From Camelus dromedarius (taxonomy: Eukaryota), in assembly GCF_036321535.1 (NCBI RefSeq), contig NC_087437.1:107448001-107512000 (forward strand): a DNA stretch of 64,000 nt, in the 5' to 3' direction. The position numbers and the translations under genes were made by a program. Every line of letters starts with the position of its first letter. The stretch's first letter is position 1. Below, one piece after another: positions 51,865-64,000 of the stretch. The notes below the pieces were generated by a model. It did no database searches and had not been told where the DNA came from. It saw only the letters and a program-made list of their open reading frames with translations.

Positions 51865-51998
51865 TCCTGAAGTATTCAACACAAGAGATCAAGTTAAATG
51901 AGGTCTCTATTTAGACATCATAAAGTCTTTGTCCTGAAGTATTCAACACAAGAGATCAAGTTAAATGAGGTCTCTATTTAGACATCATAAAGTCTTCG
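51865..51998 (+). repeat. 67-bp direct tandem duplication (2 copies)
   Basis: 51865-51931 and 51932-51998 differ only at T51930/C51997. Confidence 0.98.
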
Positions 51999-52479
51999 TT
52001 CTTAAGGGTCCTTTCCAAACAAACAATAACTGCATGACAACTTGCCCGCTCAACAGAACCTTTGAGACCAGGTCTTAGCAGTTCTTGTCAATGACAGAGA
52101 AATGTTTGCAGAGATTTGGCTTTCCCCAGTGCGTGGGGCATTGTGTTCATTGTGGAGGCAGGAGATTTTTAGGGAATTGTCTGCGTATGTCTGATTATTC
52201 TCGATTTGGAAGGGGCGTTTACTTTAAGGGGAAGAACACCTTTGTGGTGCCCTCAGGACAGTGTTGTTAGCCATTCTTTGATCCCAAAGAACACTGTCCA
52301 AAATTACTTACAAAGACAAAATATAGTGTTTGAAATGGGGAATAAACCTCTAGTTTTAAATGAGGCAACTGTATTAAATAGTGTTTCATGTCCAAAAAGC
52401 ATACACCCAAATGGAACACACACTAAGATTCACATCCTCTTTTAAAGGTTTCAGGTACCACTTTCCCTTGATTTAGGAC

Positions 52480-52650
52480 AATTCAGTGAGGAGAGGTCAA
52501 GTGTTCCTCCCAATTTTCAGATTAGGAAAATGAAGATTAATGGGTTTGACTGACTCATCAAAAGGCCTCCTGTGCGTAAATGCTGAAGCTGAATTCAAAC
52601 CCAAGTTTGCCCAATAAATGAACCAGATTCTAACTACTATATATACTGTG
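52480..52650 (-). mobile_element. MIR SINE
   Basis: CCCAATTTTCAGATTAGGAAAATGAAG...GAATTCAAACCCAAGT...TCTAACTACTATATATACTG. Confidence 0.7.
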
Positions 52651-53130
52651 CTTACATGGGGTAATTCATGTAAAAAGCCATGCTTGGCCCATAGTCAGAA
52701 CTTATAATACATGAACTGTTACAAATCTGGTGGAATAGTGTGACTTCTTGTTTCTAATCAAAAGTCAATGTTTTTTGAAAAGCAGTAGCTGTCCCAAAAT
52801 ATTAAAGAAAAACTCTTCCAAGATGTCACTGAAGGTGTGCAGATATGAAAAAAAAAAATTCCTGTACAAATAAATTGATTTAAGTGAAACAAAAATTAAA
52901 ACTTAAAAAATATTTTTACATTTGTGTTAATCTTTTTTTGTCAATCTTGAATTAGCTTTGTGACCCTTCTAATTAATTCTCACCACTTCAGTTGTCTCAT
53001 TGTAAAATGAGGGCACTGGATAAAAGTTAAAATGAGAGGATGTATGTGAAAGCACATTGAGGCTAGGAAAGCTACTCCAGAGATGCATACAAATATTATT
53101 GTTATTGTTACTACTCTAAATTTCTCATCC

Positions 53131-53450
53131 AACTCTAATTTGAAAAGATACATGTGCCCCAATGTTCATAGCAGCATTATGTACAATAGCTGAGACATGG
53201 AAACAACCTAAATGTACATCAATAGATGATTGGATAAAGGAGTTGTGGTATATTTATACAATAGAACACTACTCAGCCAGAAAAAAAAGAATAAAATAAT
53301 GCCATTTACAGCCACATGGATGGACCTGGAGATTGTTATTCTAAGTGAAGTAAGCCAGAAAGAGAAAGAAAAATACCATATGATATCACTCATATGTGGA
53401 ATCTTAAAAAAAAAAAAAAAAAAGACACTAATGAATTTATCTACAAAACA
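53131..53450 (+). mobile_element. Young artiodactyl-type L1 fragment (ORF2 end and start of 3' UTR)
   Basis: Closely similar to 42150-42450 and 44730-44910; ORF 53230 reads KIMPFTATWMDLEIVILSEVSQKEKEKYHMISLICGI. Confidence 0.95.
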
Positions 53451-53511
53451 CAGTTTGTTTTCTATGTGAGTCCATTTCTTTTTCGTATATAAGTTTATTT
53501 GTGTCTTTTTT
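53451..53511 (-). mobile_element. Inverted L1 3' UTR segment fused to the preceding L1
   Basis: Reverse complement AAAAAAGACACAAATAAACTTATATACGAAAAAGAAATGGACTCACATAGAAAACAAACTG resembles 42423-42480. Confidence 0.88.
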
Positions 53512-53544
53512 AAAGAATAAATGAAATAAAAATTTTAAAAGAGA

Positions 53545-55380
53545 TGACTAGAAATATGGTAGGTTAGAAATCTGTTAGGAGGTTATTGTAATATACCTTC
53601 CAAGAACTGATTAAAAACCTAGACTAAAGCAGTGAAAAGAGAAGTAGAGAGTAAATTGACTAATAGGTTTGAGAGATGGTGAGGAAATAGAATACCAATA
53701 ATTACATGTTATATCTAAGTCATATATAAGATGACTTAGGATGCTAGACTGATGGTGATGTTCACAATCAAGATTGAAATTATAGGAGGAAAGGTAGATT
53801 TAATGGGAATTTTATTAGGAAAAATTTGGATAGGTTGAAGTATCTGTAGAATTTTCACATAGAATTATTGCGGTAGACTGATTCCCTTATGTCTCTGACG
53901 GGCTGAAAATATAGATGTGGCTGTCAACATCTCACCATCTGGGTGGTTGGTCACTAATGGACAGTCATAGAAGATGGCCGGAAATGTAGCCTTACATAAG
54001 AAGTGAAAGAGGAAAAAAAATCATCTGCTATATAATAGATTTTTTAATTAATTGGACACAGGAGCAGAGGGTTAATAGAGTCAGAATAATACAATGTAAT
54101 GGAATTCAGGGGAAAAAACAGTTTTAAGAAAGAACAGGAAATCAGTAACATAAAATGTTTGACAAGGGGAAAGAAGGAGCTTAACTGAGAAAATGTTATT
54201 CAACTTGATCGGAGGTGACTTTCAGTTCATTACTTTCAGTGGGTGAGATGGTAGTAGCGAGGAAGGTGAGGGAGAATCCAATTACAAGGGCTCACAAAGG
54301 GAGTATTTGGTCAAAGTGGAGGCAGGGAGGACTGGCTTATTTCACCAAGTTTATCAATGAAAGCAAAAAAGATACAAGGCTTAAGAGAAAGCTAGTTAGA
54401 AGAAGGATAAGAAAATTTGAGCATGTTTATAAGTAAAGAGTAAAAAATCCAGTAGGGAGACCGGTTGAATGTGTAACTGATAAAAACAACAGCTTGCTCT
54501 AGGCAGGAAAGTGTTAAGTAGGAACGTGTAAGCCATTTTAACTTTGACATTTATAAAAGGGAGAGTCTTCCTCTGAGGAGGTTAGCGTGGAAGAGGAAAA
54601 GGTTTGCAAAAGTACGAAGACACTCTTAGGAGAGCGAGGAAGCTGCGAGGTCATATGCCAGGTGGTCTTGATCATTTCAGCGAATTGTCAGTGAGATCAT
54701 CTGTTCATCCCTTAAAATTTATGATTCCAGGGAGGGCTGGGGACTTCAAGATGTTGAAGAAGGTTTGGATCTGTTGCTATAGGGAGTGAAATACAGAGTC
54801 AAAAGCAAAGTTTGAATCAGTTGCATTTCTAATGAAATCAGTACATTGACAGACTTTTTTTTCCTCCTCTAACCACATACTTTTGTACAGACAAGAGTGA
54901 AGAAAACAGATAATGAGGATTTCCCAGGGCTGGGATTGGGAAAAATAAGTGTGAGTGCTGCAGGAAGCATTACAGATAAAATTGCAAGAGCCTCCTCAAA
55001 TTGTTTGAACAGTTGCACACTGGGTTGAGAGAAAAGTGAAATCTGATGGGCTTGATGAACTACCAGAGCATGGAGAGATCAAAGTCATGAGGACCACAAT
55101 AAAGATACCAATTAGGTTCTGCGTGCATAACGGAGGAGCATTTGGTATTCAGGTTGAAGCACTGGTCAGAATCTGAAAACTTGAAGAGAAGCCATTAAAG
55201 GGATGACACAAACAGGGTGTGGACATGCCAATAAATGGCTGTGTTGGAGTGGAGATGGGGGTCACTAGAGTTCAATAGTTTTAAGACGTGTGAGACCACA
55301 GTGTGAGAGTGATGACAGAGAAAGGGAGAGAATGAGGTTGGGAACCAGGTGACGAAGCCAGTGAAAAAGAAAATTCATGA
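53545..55380 (-). mobile_element. Long degenerate L2 stretch
   Basis: Purine-rich antisense L2 blocks: CTGTTAGGAGGTTATTGTAATA; GACTGATGGTGATGTTCAC; GGAGGTGACTTTCAGTTCATTACTTTCAGTGGG. Confidence 0.65.
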
Positions 55381-55589
55381 GAATTCACCACGTTCCAAAA
55401 TAAATTTAAAAAAAAATAAAAGGAGGAGGTTAACTATTTAATTATTTCCATTTCAGTGGGGGCTGTTTTCTGGGGAATTATTAACCAGAGGCAGTGGTTT
55501 TGGGCTGAGTCCCTGAGTTTTACTGAAACTTAGACATAGTCAATGTGTCTTACGGAAATATAAGATCATAGAAGCATAATGACCATCAA

Positions 55590-56210
55590 TCTAATCTGGA
55601 CTGGAGTCTTGTGTTCTTGGCCTGGGACCTCAGTTTTAGATGGACGTGACAGCTTGAAACATATCCAGTATAAAGCAAACAAAATGTCAGGAAGGATTCA
55701 AAACCATGATTGTATTGGAGATGTAATCTTCTAGAAGAGAAAAGACTCAAGGGGGATACATTCCTTGACTTGTCTCTTTTACGTAAAAGAGAAATTAGAT
55801 TTGGGAATTGTGATTCTGGAGGCTGGAACTAGAATCAATGGATGGAAGATACTGAAAGACAAATTTTAATTTAATGAAAGGAAAAACAGTTTGATGGCCC
55901 CCAAATGGAAATTCCTTCTTGAAATAATGAGTGCATGCTGTGGAAAGTGTTCACAATAGACTAGTAAGATAATTCTTGCATATACTGAGGCCCACAGAAG
56001 ATTATAATTGGTATAGCCTGGGAGCTTATTAGAAATGCAGGCTTTACCCCAAACCTGCATTTTAACAATGTACATTTTAACAGCATCCTCAGGTGACTTC
56101 TGTGCACGTTAAAGCATTGATCTAGAGAACATTCCTCACTGGGTGGACAGTTGGGCTATGCAAGCTATAGTCCCCTTCTGTTCTAAGACTTACCATGTAT
56201 TCTGATTCTA
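55590..56210 (+). mobile_element. L3/CR1 LINE 3' region, interrupted by MER5A
   Basis: CTGGAGTCTTGTGTTC; CTAGAAGAGAAAAGACTCAAGGGGGATAC; GAACTAGAATCAATGGATGGAAG; terminal ATTCTGATTCTA. Confidence 0.75.
55985..56124. mobile_element. MER5A-type remnant
   Basis: CCTGGGAGCTTATTAGAAATGCAG...CTGCATTTTAACAA...CCTCAGGTGACTTCTGTGCACGTTAAAG. Confidence 0.8.
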
Positions 56211-58610
56211 AAAGTCATTCTTTCTTTCCTGGGTTTATCTTTGTCTTTTACAATTTCAAGCCCCAAAATAAAAAGCCTATTGGACTTCAACTCTTCTTAT
56301 GGAGTTTAATTTTGTAAGATTATTTTCATATAGCATCACACCAAATTTCACTTATGTAATAAAACCTTAGAAATGCCACTCTTTGAATAAAACTTTTTGT
56401 GCCTTATGAAAGCTATAACTGAAATATTGTTTTAAAAATGCTTGGAAAACAACAAAAACAATACCACCTGAAAATTTCTGTAGCATTCTGCTTCCCACCT
56501 ACACCATAGGCCTTCTTGATTTTTTCAGTGATGAGTCTCAGGCTATTCTGTGGATTTTTGGTTTCCTTTACCAAGGATTCATATTAAGTGGCCAGTGAAA
56601 TACTTCTCATGATGCACGATATAGAGGAAGAATTGTTGCTGTCTTACTTGTGTCTTATTGTTGCTTTATACCCTTCATTTTTAAGGCAAGTTCACTGTCT
56701 CTTGTTTTTATTACTCAGTTCTGTCTCAGGTCATGGAATTTTCCTTTTCAGACAACTCAAGCCTTGGTTCTCTTTTAAACACTTACAAAAAGTAACAGAC
56801 AGTGAATCATTTATCAACAGAGAAAAGAAATTGATAAACTATGGTAGTAATTATTTTTATTTTTATTCTTTGTTCAGAAAGCACATTCCTGGAGGTTGTT
56901 GTTTTTTTTTTCCTCTCCAAGTAGAAAGAATTTTTAATTAGCATAAATATGACACAGATCCCATGGAAATAAATAGCGCTTTGAGTTTACAAGTCCTTCT
57001 CATGCCTTGATATTGTTTTGTGTATGTACAATAACTGGGTTTTATAAAAATCTCTCCTGTCAGCAGTGGTACATTACAATTTACAATGTCTCCATTCCAA
57101 AGGGAGTTTTATCACTACTTAGAAAAGTAGCTGATTTATGACAAGTGGTGACAAGCAAGAAATCATGGTTTTTATAGTGGAAAAAAATGCTGGAGTTTAT
57201 TGTAAATTGTCTCCCCTCTTAAATTGGGGGAAATTCTGCTATTTAATATGACAAACAGTATACCCAGCAATCTAACTGAAGCCTTGTTAGGTTAAGTCAT
57301 CTTTTGTCTACTGGCAATTGCATTATAGACAAAAACAAGTTAAAAAATTGTTCAAGAGTGTATTTGACGGATTTGCAAATATTTTAATAATACTTTTATA
57401 TGTGAGGCCAAAATATAACAGTGCTGCCAAGCAGTTTCTTTTCGTGTATGTTTAACAGCCTCAAACCCTGCTAATTGCGTTTTTAAATTTACCACTTACC
57501 CCCTTGTCTGTCTTTTCATTGCTGTTTCCATGACATGTCTCCACATTTTCTGTTTGTTCTTTTACAAAATAAGCCCAATCCTCTCTTTGAAACCATGAAA
57601 AAATATCAACATAAATCCATCAGTAACATGAAATTTTTTTTTCATTTAAAAAAAACACATTAATTTAAAAAATTTGGTACCTCACTGGCTCTCATTTGGG
57701 TTTTTGGAAATTTAAGCCACTTTCTCATTTGTTTATAAATTATATTTTCTCTGGAGGGAAATCTTTTGTGATTTTTTTCTTTTGCGTCTCTGAATAAGCA
57801 ATAGGAGCCTCTTCTTTCACTAATCCACTTTTCCAGACTTATCTTCCCTCCCTCCCCTTCCCTTGGGTCCCTTGAACTCCCGTTTCTTGGGGCTGCTGAC
57901 TTTCCATCCACCTGTTGGCTGACTTCACAGAAGCGTCCTTCTTCACAGCATCCTTCTTCATGAGCACCCCATTCCTTCAATGTCATTTCCCCATAGCACA
58001 TTCATCCTTCAAGAACTATGCTCAGTATGTGTTATCTCCCTAATTTTGACAATGGTATTTCAGCTAGAGATTCTCTTCTCCCACTCTCAGTGTTTATGAT
58101 ACTCTCTGTCTCACTAGTGAGTTCTCAAAATGTGAAGATTTGGATGATTCTGTCTAAACTGCCACTGCTGGATATCTGTTTGTTCATTTGTTAAACCCTG
58201 GCTTTATTGTGATTGCTTACCATGCCTATTATTGTATCCTATAAGTGCTGAGAACTTTGTGGACATCACTGCCTAGAAGGGAAGAAAGACTTTTGCATAC
58301 TCAACCCCTGTAAAGTGCAACAAAACCTACCATTGGAGACCGAAGTGTAATCCTGCCTAGTGGCGTAGAAATGTGTTTACCTGTCATTGATGGGACGTGT
58401 CACATTATTATCTGAAGGCTAATGAAGCCCTGCAAACCAAAAATGTGTGTGGTTGGCTTATTAGTATTTTTCTTTACTAATAGTACTGATTTCCCTTTGC
58501 TAGGGAGAGAAGTGATTGGACCTAAACCACCTCGCAATGCAATGGGTGAAAAGTAAACTAAGATAAAAGTCAGACATGTTTTGTGCCAGTCTCAGCCAAT
58601 CGATAACCAA

Positions 58611-59126
58611 TGTTGTGGTTGGCATGGCCATTGTGGTTCTTATTATGATTGCAAGACCCTCTTCAGCAATAACCATCAAGAAACTGTGAGAAAATAAAGG
58701 TTTCTTACTCACAGGGCCAGAAAATTACACGGCACACTGGGGCCACTCAGGGAGGTTGCAGGTAAAGAGAGGGAGTTTCTGCTTTTTGAGGGGTTGAGGG
58801 TTGGGATCTTAGGGTTTCTCAAGCTCAGTCTTTATTGGTGGATTTAAAACATAAGAGTAAAAGAATAAAGAATGGAATGAGAAAAAACAAGTCACTCAAA
58901 TGGTCAATTATTGACATAAACCTACATCTCTAAAACAAAGGAGCCTCAGCAAGGGGAGGGGCAGCCTGGCTGTATCTAGTTAAGTGCCTGATAATCTGTT
59001 TATTGAGATAACCATCTTTGAAGCAGATGCTTCTTTGAAATGGGTGTCTCAGCAATCAAAGGGCAGTCATTTGCATTACAAAAAAGAAAAAAAAAGAAAA
59101 ACCGGTCACGTATCATCCATTTATAC
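58611..59126 (-). mobile_element. ERVL-type solo LTR (MER76-like, tentative)
   Basis: TG start on +, TTCTTACTCACAGGG...GGGGCCACTCAGGGAGG...GGGTTGAGGGTTGGGATCTTAGGGTTTC...TCTTTATTGGTGGATTTAAAAC. Confidence 0.6.
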
Positions 59127-59479
59127 TGTGTTATCTAATCCCTTCAGAGTTCTAGAAACACCAGCATTTGGCCACGAGCAAAGTAAAAAGAGAGATTTGG
59201 TTTAGTTTGCAGATCAAGGTCTTCCCAAGCAACAGTAGATAGAGATGCCTCCATTCAGGACAGAACTGACAGAGCTGAGGTGTCATATTGACACGTCTTG
59301 TCTTTCACGCTAAGACTTATCAGTTGTGCCTGCTACGTTGTTACATCGTTGCACATCTTCAGTAGCTACCACAGTATTTTTATACCTCATGTTTTTCAAC
59401 TGCAGGGGTATAATCACAAAAATATAACCCTTTTTTTTAGTTCTGTTATGTATTGCACACCTTTTTTTCCTCTTTCGAT

Positions 59480-59652
59480 TTCACACCAGCTCTGAAAAGT
59501 AGGTATTATTGCCCTCATTTTGTAGCTGAAATGTCATGACTTATGCCACATGCCCAAGACTACACAGCCAGTAAGCGACAGACACAAATTGGGAACCCAG
59601 GAATGTCTAATTTCCAACCAAACTCGGCATTTCCCTTTACACCACACCACCT
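59480..59652 (-). mobile_element. MIR SINE
   Basis: CTCTGAAAAGTAGGTATTATTGCCCTCATTTTGTAG...TGCCCAAGACTACACAGCCAGTAAG...GAACCCAGG. Confidence 0.8.
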
Positions 59653-61659
59653 TTCAGAGGAAAACACGTCCCTTTCAGGTCCATGAGACTTCTGAGCTAA
59701 TCTGGTAGGAGCACTGGATCTGTTCATGTCTGCTAGTACAGTTTAAGTGCAGTTCAAAAGTATATGTGAGATTAACATTTAAGGAAGCTTCATAAGAATT
59801 TGAAAAATAATTCTATTGTAACTTAAAAAAATTCCTTAGTCAGCAAAGTAAATGTTTTTTAAAAATAATTTTGCACTGTTATTTATTTATTTTTCTTAAT
59901 CAAGCTCCTCAGACTCATCCGTAAAAACACAGCACCCCTGTTGACCTGTTATCCAGGTCTATATTGTAGAATGTGACTAGGATCTAGTATGGTCTTGTTT
60001 TCCTTTAGCTCAAGCATAGCCATGTTCCAAGTTCAAACCAGATTCATTACATTTGCCTGTTGGGTAAATGAATTCCCAGTAAAAGTAAGAAAGAGTGACA
60101 CTCATGTTATGGTCACACTATTGTCTTGTAAGAATTTGAACAAATAGTCTTCCTATTAACTTATAATACATATATCCAGCTCAATTTATTTTATTTCTAA
60201 GTGAGGGGTCCTTCCTGCTTGCTTGTCTAGCAAAATGTGAACTCTGTACTTAAAATAAAATAGAAACTAAGGTGATTGTCATTCTCATCATTGCAAGAGG
60301 TACAAAGGCACAGTGGACATCGCCTTCAAGTTATCGAAACCAGGAAAGCCAGAGAATTATAGTAATAAAAGAAGTGACAATAGATAAGAAGTTGTCAAGC
60401 CAAGCAGACAAGGTAAAAGTTATGGAATCCATAGTAACCAAAGAAATCTGGAAAGAAAAGAGGTTAAGTCAAGTCACCTTCAGCTGGAGGGCACATTGAG
60501 TGGGACTAGAATCTGACATAAGGTTCACCTGAAGATCTCCTAGACATTTTCTATTAAGAAAACTATCTTCATGGTGATGTCAAAGATGAAAATAGGTAGG
60601 GAGAGGGACTGCTTATTCCTCAAAGGTCATGGAAATACAGAAACCATGTTCCAACTTGACAAGTTCTCAAATATGGACCTACATGACCAACATGCCCAAT
60701 TTCTACAGGAATATTGGTATTATGCTCAGAGCATATCACGATGATCAGAATTTTTCTTTTCCTGCAGTAAAATGTGAACAAAAAGTTAAAGTACAACCAA
60801 AGACCTTAGACCCAAGACAAAGATTTCTGATAGAAATGATTATTTACATCTTGTTTGTGACTTATACATGTCAAGTCTAATAAATAAGTTGCATACAGTT
60901 TTCGGATCAGAGTTTTACTTGGTGCTGCATAAAAATTCTGGTCTAAAGTCTAAAGTTACTTGCAAGTAAAGTTTTTAATATAATTTAAAAAATTTAAATA
61001 TAAACACGTACAACACATAAGTCAAAAATTTTGACTAGATAAAATAAATATTTAAGATCATGTTGGATTTTTTAATAAAATTATCTAACTTGAGAAATAT
61101 GAAGAATGTTGAATTAAAAACATAGCTAGAAACTCTCATTACATTAATTGTCATGATTCATAGGCTTTCAAATAATCTGGTATTGGAAGATTTTTCTTTG
61201 AAAAATAAATGATATTTCAAATGCTATATCAATGAATGATTAACATGGAAAAGGAGAGATTAAAATCTTGGACTCTGATATTGATGCCTTCATGATCCTT
61301 CATGATGACATAAAGGAAAATTTATGTCAGCAGTAAGATGCTTCATTATTAGGACTTCAGAACATTTTCTCCCTTTGGAATTTTTCCTTTCTTATTTTCC
61401 TCCTCCAGAAAACATGCCTCTAAAACATCTCTCAGCTGCATTTGACAAACAAGTGAAGCTGCTGATTTTGTCTGCGTGTTTATCAGTTCAAAAATTCAAC
61501 CTGATTTGTAAACTAACACATTACCAGAACATCAGAAATATTAAACCTAGAGAATAATGTAGTATATGATCTGTATTAAATGAACTGTTTCCTACTGAAT
61601 AAATTACTTGCCATATCTTATGGCATTTCACTCTGTGATTAAATTACTGGTGTCTTTTA

Positions 61660-61820
61660 TCAGAGATGATTCAGGGTTCAGTGGATTTGGTATATAATCC
61701 CAGTTCACTTAGTAATTTATGTAACTAATGCAGGCTTTGAAATTCTGATGAAAAAATGAGAAGGTTGCAGTAAATGACTGCTATGGTCCCTTAGAGTTTT
61801 AAAGCCTCTGACTCTGAAAT
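61660..61820 (+). mobile_element. MIR3-like fragment
   Basis: AAAAAATGAGAAGGTTGCAGTAAATGACTGCTATGGTCCCTTAGAGTTTTAAA. Confidence 0.5.
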
Positions 61821-62419
61821 CATATGATGATGATAAACAAAAATTCGGGGAATTTGGTTGGGTGTGGTTGGATAACATTACATTTGGCATCTCTCACAGT
61901 GTCTCAGTGTTTCATTTTCATTAACAACTTAATAGGGAAAACATAATTTATTTGTGAACATAAACATTACTAATAAATGATGCTTTTAAAATAATGGCAC
62001 AAGCACTGAGAAATTAGCTAAAGAACTTTGCAATTAGGAGAAGAAACAAAAGTTTCAAGAAAGAGAAAATCTTGTGCATCTAAAGAAAAAAATAATAATT
62101 CAAACCAGATCATAGGGAAAGTTCTGGAAAATATGATTGGATATAAGAACATAGAAGTAAAAATAAAGAATAGGTCACTTATGAACTGTAATAAAATATT
62201 CTAAGACAAAGTTACTGTGATTTTAGGCCACAGAGACAGCTACCGAATAAATTTGTCAAATTTTATCACCAATAATCTTTTGTGATTCAAAGTCCTCAGA
62301 AGGCAAATTTAGGATATGTAAATGGAAAATAGAAAATTCTGACTTTTTAGGGTTATGAATAACAGAATTCTCAGATACCCACATACATTTCCCCCAACAC
62401 ATGATTGTAGTAGCTAAGC

Positions 62420-62620
62420 ATTTCTGAGCGGAGGAGAGGTACTCTGTGCTAAGTACGTTACATTCATTCACTCATCCAATTCTGTGAAAAGTTGTATGAG
62501 AATTTTGTTATTATTACTGACATTTTACAGACGGTGTAATGGAAGTCACATAGCCAGGAAGTTGTAGAGAAAGGATTTGAACCAAGACAAGCTTCCTCCA
62601 GAGTCCTTACTGTGAAGCAC
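62420..62620 (-). mobile_element. MIR SINE
   Basis: GGTACTCTGTGCTAAGTACGTTACAT...CATTTTACAGACGG...GTCACATAGCCAGGAAG...GGATTTGAACCAAG...CTCCAGAGTCC. Confidence 0.82.
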
Positions 62621-63489
62621 TTTGTCTAAGATTCCTTGTTTGTTGTGTTTGTATTTCAATATTATCATATATGGGTGAATAGAACCAGAGTTGGTCATCT
62701 TTGAACAAATTTGGTAAAGCAGGGCTTTTTACAGAGTAGCTTTGATGGACTGCTCAGAGATATCACATTTCCATTGGGTTTCATAATTAGGCTCCAAAAC
62801 TCATTTGAAGGTGAACATTTTTTTCTTGTGAATAGGTCAAAAGGTTTGTTCTCGGTACTGATTATTCTCCATTTCTGACCATGGTGGAAAATCTAGTTAA
62901 TTTTCCAGTTATTAACAGCTGGATAAAGAATATTGTCTCACCCAATGTTTTAATATTCCCAGAAGTTCTGGCATCACTAAATAAGCAGTTCTGTTAAAAT
63001 TTGTTCATCTTCTTATACTTCATTTAGTATTATCTTTAAATACCTTCTCTCATACTCACTTAGAGGCACTTGGCCAATTCATTCCAAGCTTTCTTGATTC
63101 ATTTCTCAGCATGAAGTGATTTAAACTCATAACAATAGCTATTGAAATAAATTCTTTTAGCCCAACCTAGTATTAGATAGGTTACTTTTACTTGTTTCAA
63201 TTTTCACCATAACTCAGAACTATTATGATTGTCACTATTGCTGCAGGGCCCAAAGTAATAAATGTCACCCTTATTTCTCAATATTTAATTCTAGCCATAA
63301 ATCAATTTAGAATGCTAGGCGTGGAGGCTCCTTAAAACTCTTCTAGTTCAAACTCTCATTGTCAAAGATACCAGACAGTGTAAATTATTTGTTCAAGTTA
63401 TAATCATAATTATTTTTATTGCAACTATAATAGAAAGTATATGATTATTAGAAAACTAATATTTGTTCGATTTTTTTAACTTACAGAGT

Positions 63490-63680
63490 ATTTTACATGC
63501 ATTATTTCATTGATCTTGTTGAAAATTCTGTGAACAGGTAGAACAGGTGTGAGGGTTATCAGAGTTCACCAGGAGGAAAAGATAAGCATCCAGAAGGTAG
63601 GTGATTTTTCCCAAGTTCGTCTAAGTGATAAACAGAGGCCAGGGATTCAAATTTAAGACTTCTGTTCCTCTTTATCATAT
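63490..63680 (-). mobile_element. MIR SINE
   Basis: TTTTACATGCATTATTTCATTGATC...GGTAGGTGATTTTCCCAAG...CAGAGGCCAGGGATTCAAAT. Confidence 0.72.
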
Positions 63681-64000
63681 ATGAATAATCTGTTTTTATT
63701 CTTCAAATGATAATAAATATCCTAGAAGGATAAAGAACATCTAGTTAACACCCCTACACTCAGTACCCAGCTCAAGGAAGAAAACATTGAACCAATTGAT
63801 GGGCTCAATACCCTCTTCCACAGAGTGCTTATTCCTTCATCTTGTAATAGATATTTTGTTTTTATATCAATGCTGCAACAAGCATTTTTGTTCCTATATT
63901 TTGATTTGAGTTTGTGTAGAGAGAGTAGAATTCCAAAGATTATGCACATTTCCAATTGTGTTTAATATAGTGGTTTCTTCCTATGATGGTCTTTATTTAC

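Noticed and set aside
51865..51998. CRISPR-like repeat
   Set aside because: Only two abutting copies, no spacers, eukaryotic context.
1..64000. ORF track as protein-coding genes
   Set aside because: All ORFs are 151 aa or shorter, many open at TTG/GTG, none resembles a cellular protein I recognise, and many overlap repeats. This is expected for non-coding mammalian DNA.

Overview
AT-rich, CpG-poor eutherian genomic DNA with no CpG island, RNA gene, CRISPR array or confidently identifiable protein-coding gene. It reads as intronic or intergenic sequence. Much of it is interspersed repeat: old L2, L3/CR1, MIR, L1M, MLT1, ERVL LTRs and hAT DNA elements (MER5, MER53, MER94), plus younger artiodactyl-type L1 3' ends, an ERV1-type solo LTR with a 4-bp target-site duplication (TSD), and a tRNA-derived SINE resembling camelid Vic-1. 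That SINE suggests a camel, alpaca or llama genome. The ORF track is chance ORFs or L1 ORF2 remnants, many opened at TTG/GTG. I found no new biological system that I can support. The best leads are two phase-compatible candidate exon chains converging near 17.5 kb, a fold-back L1 chimera at 53.1-53.5 kb, a homeodomain-motif-rich block near 57 kb, a SINE with a displaced TSD, a 67-bp tandem duplication and a perfect 24-bp palindrome. Repeat names come from my recall of consensus sequences, not a search, and boundaries of old repeats are approximate.
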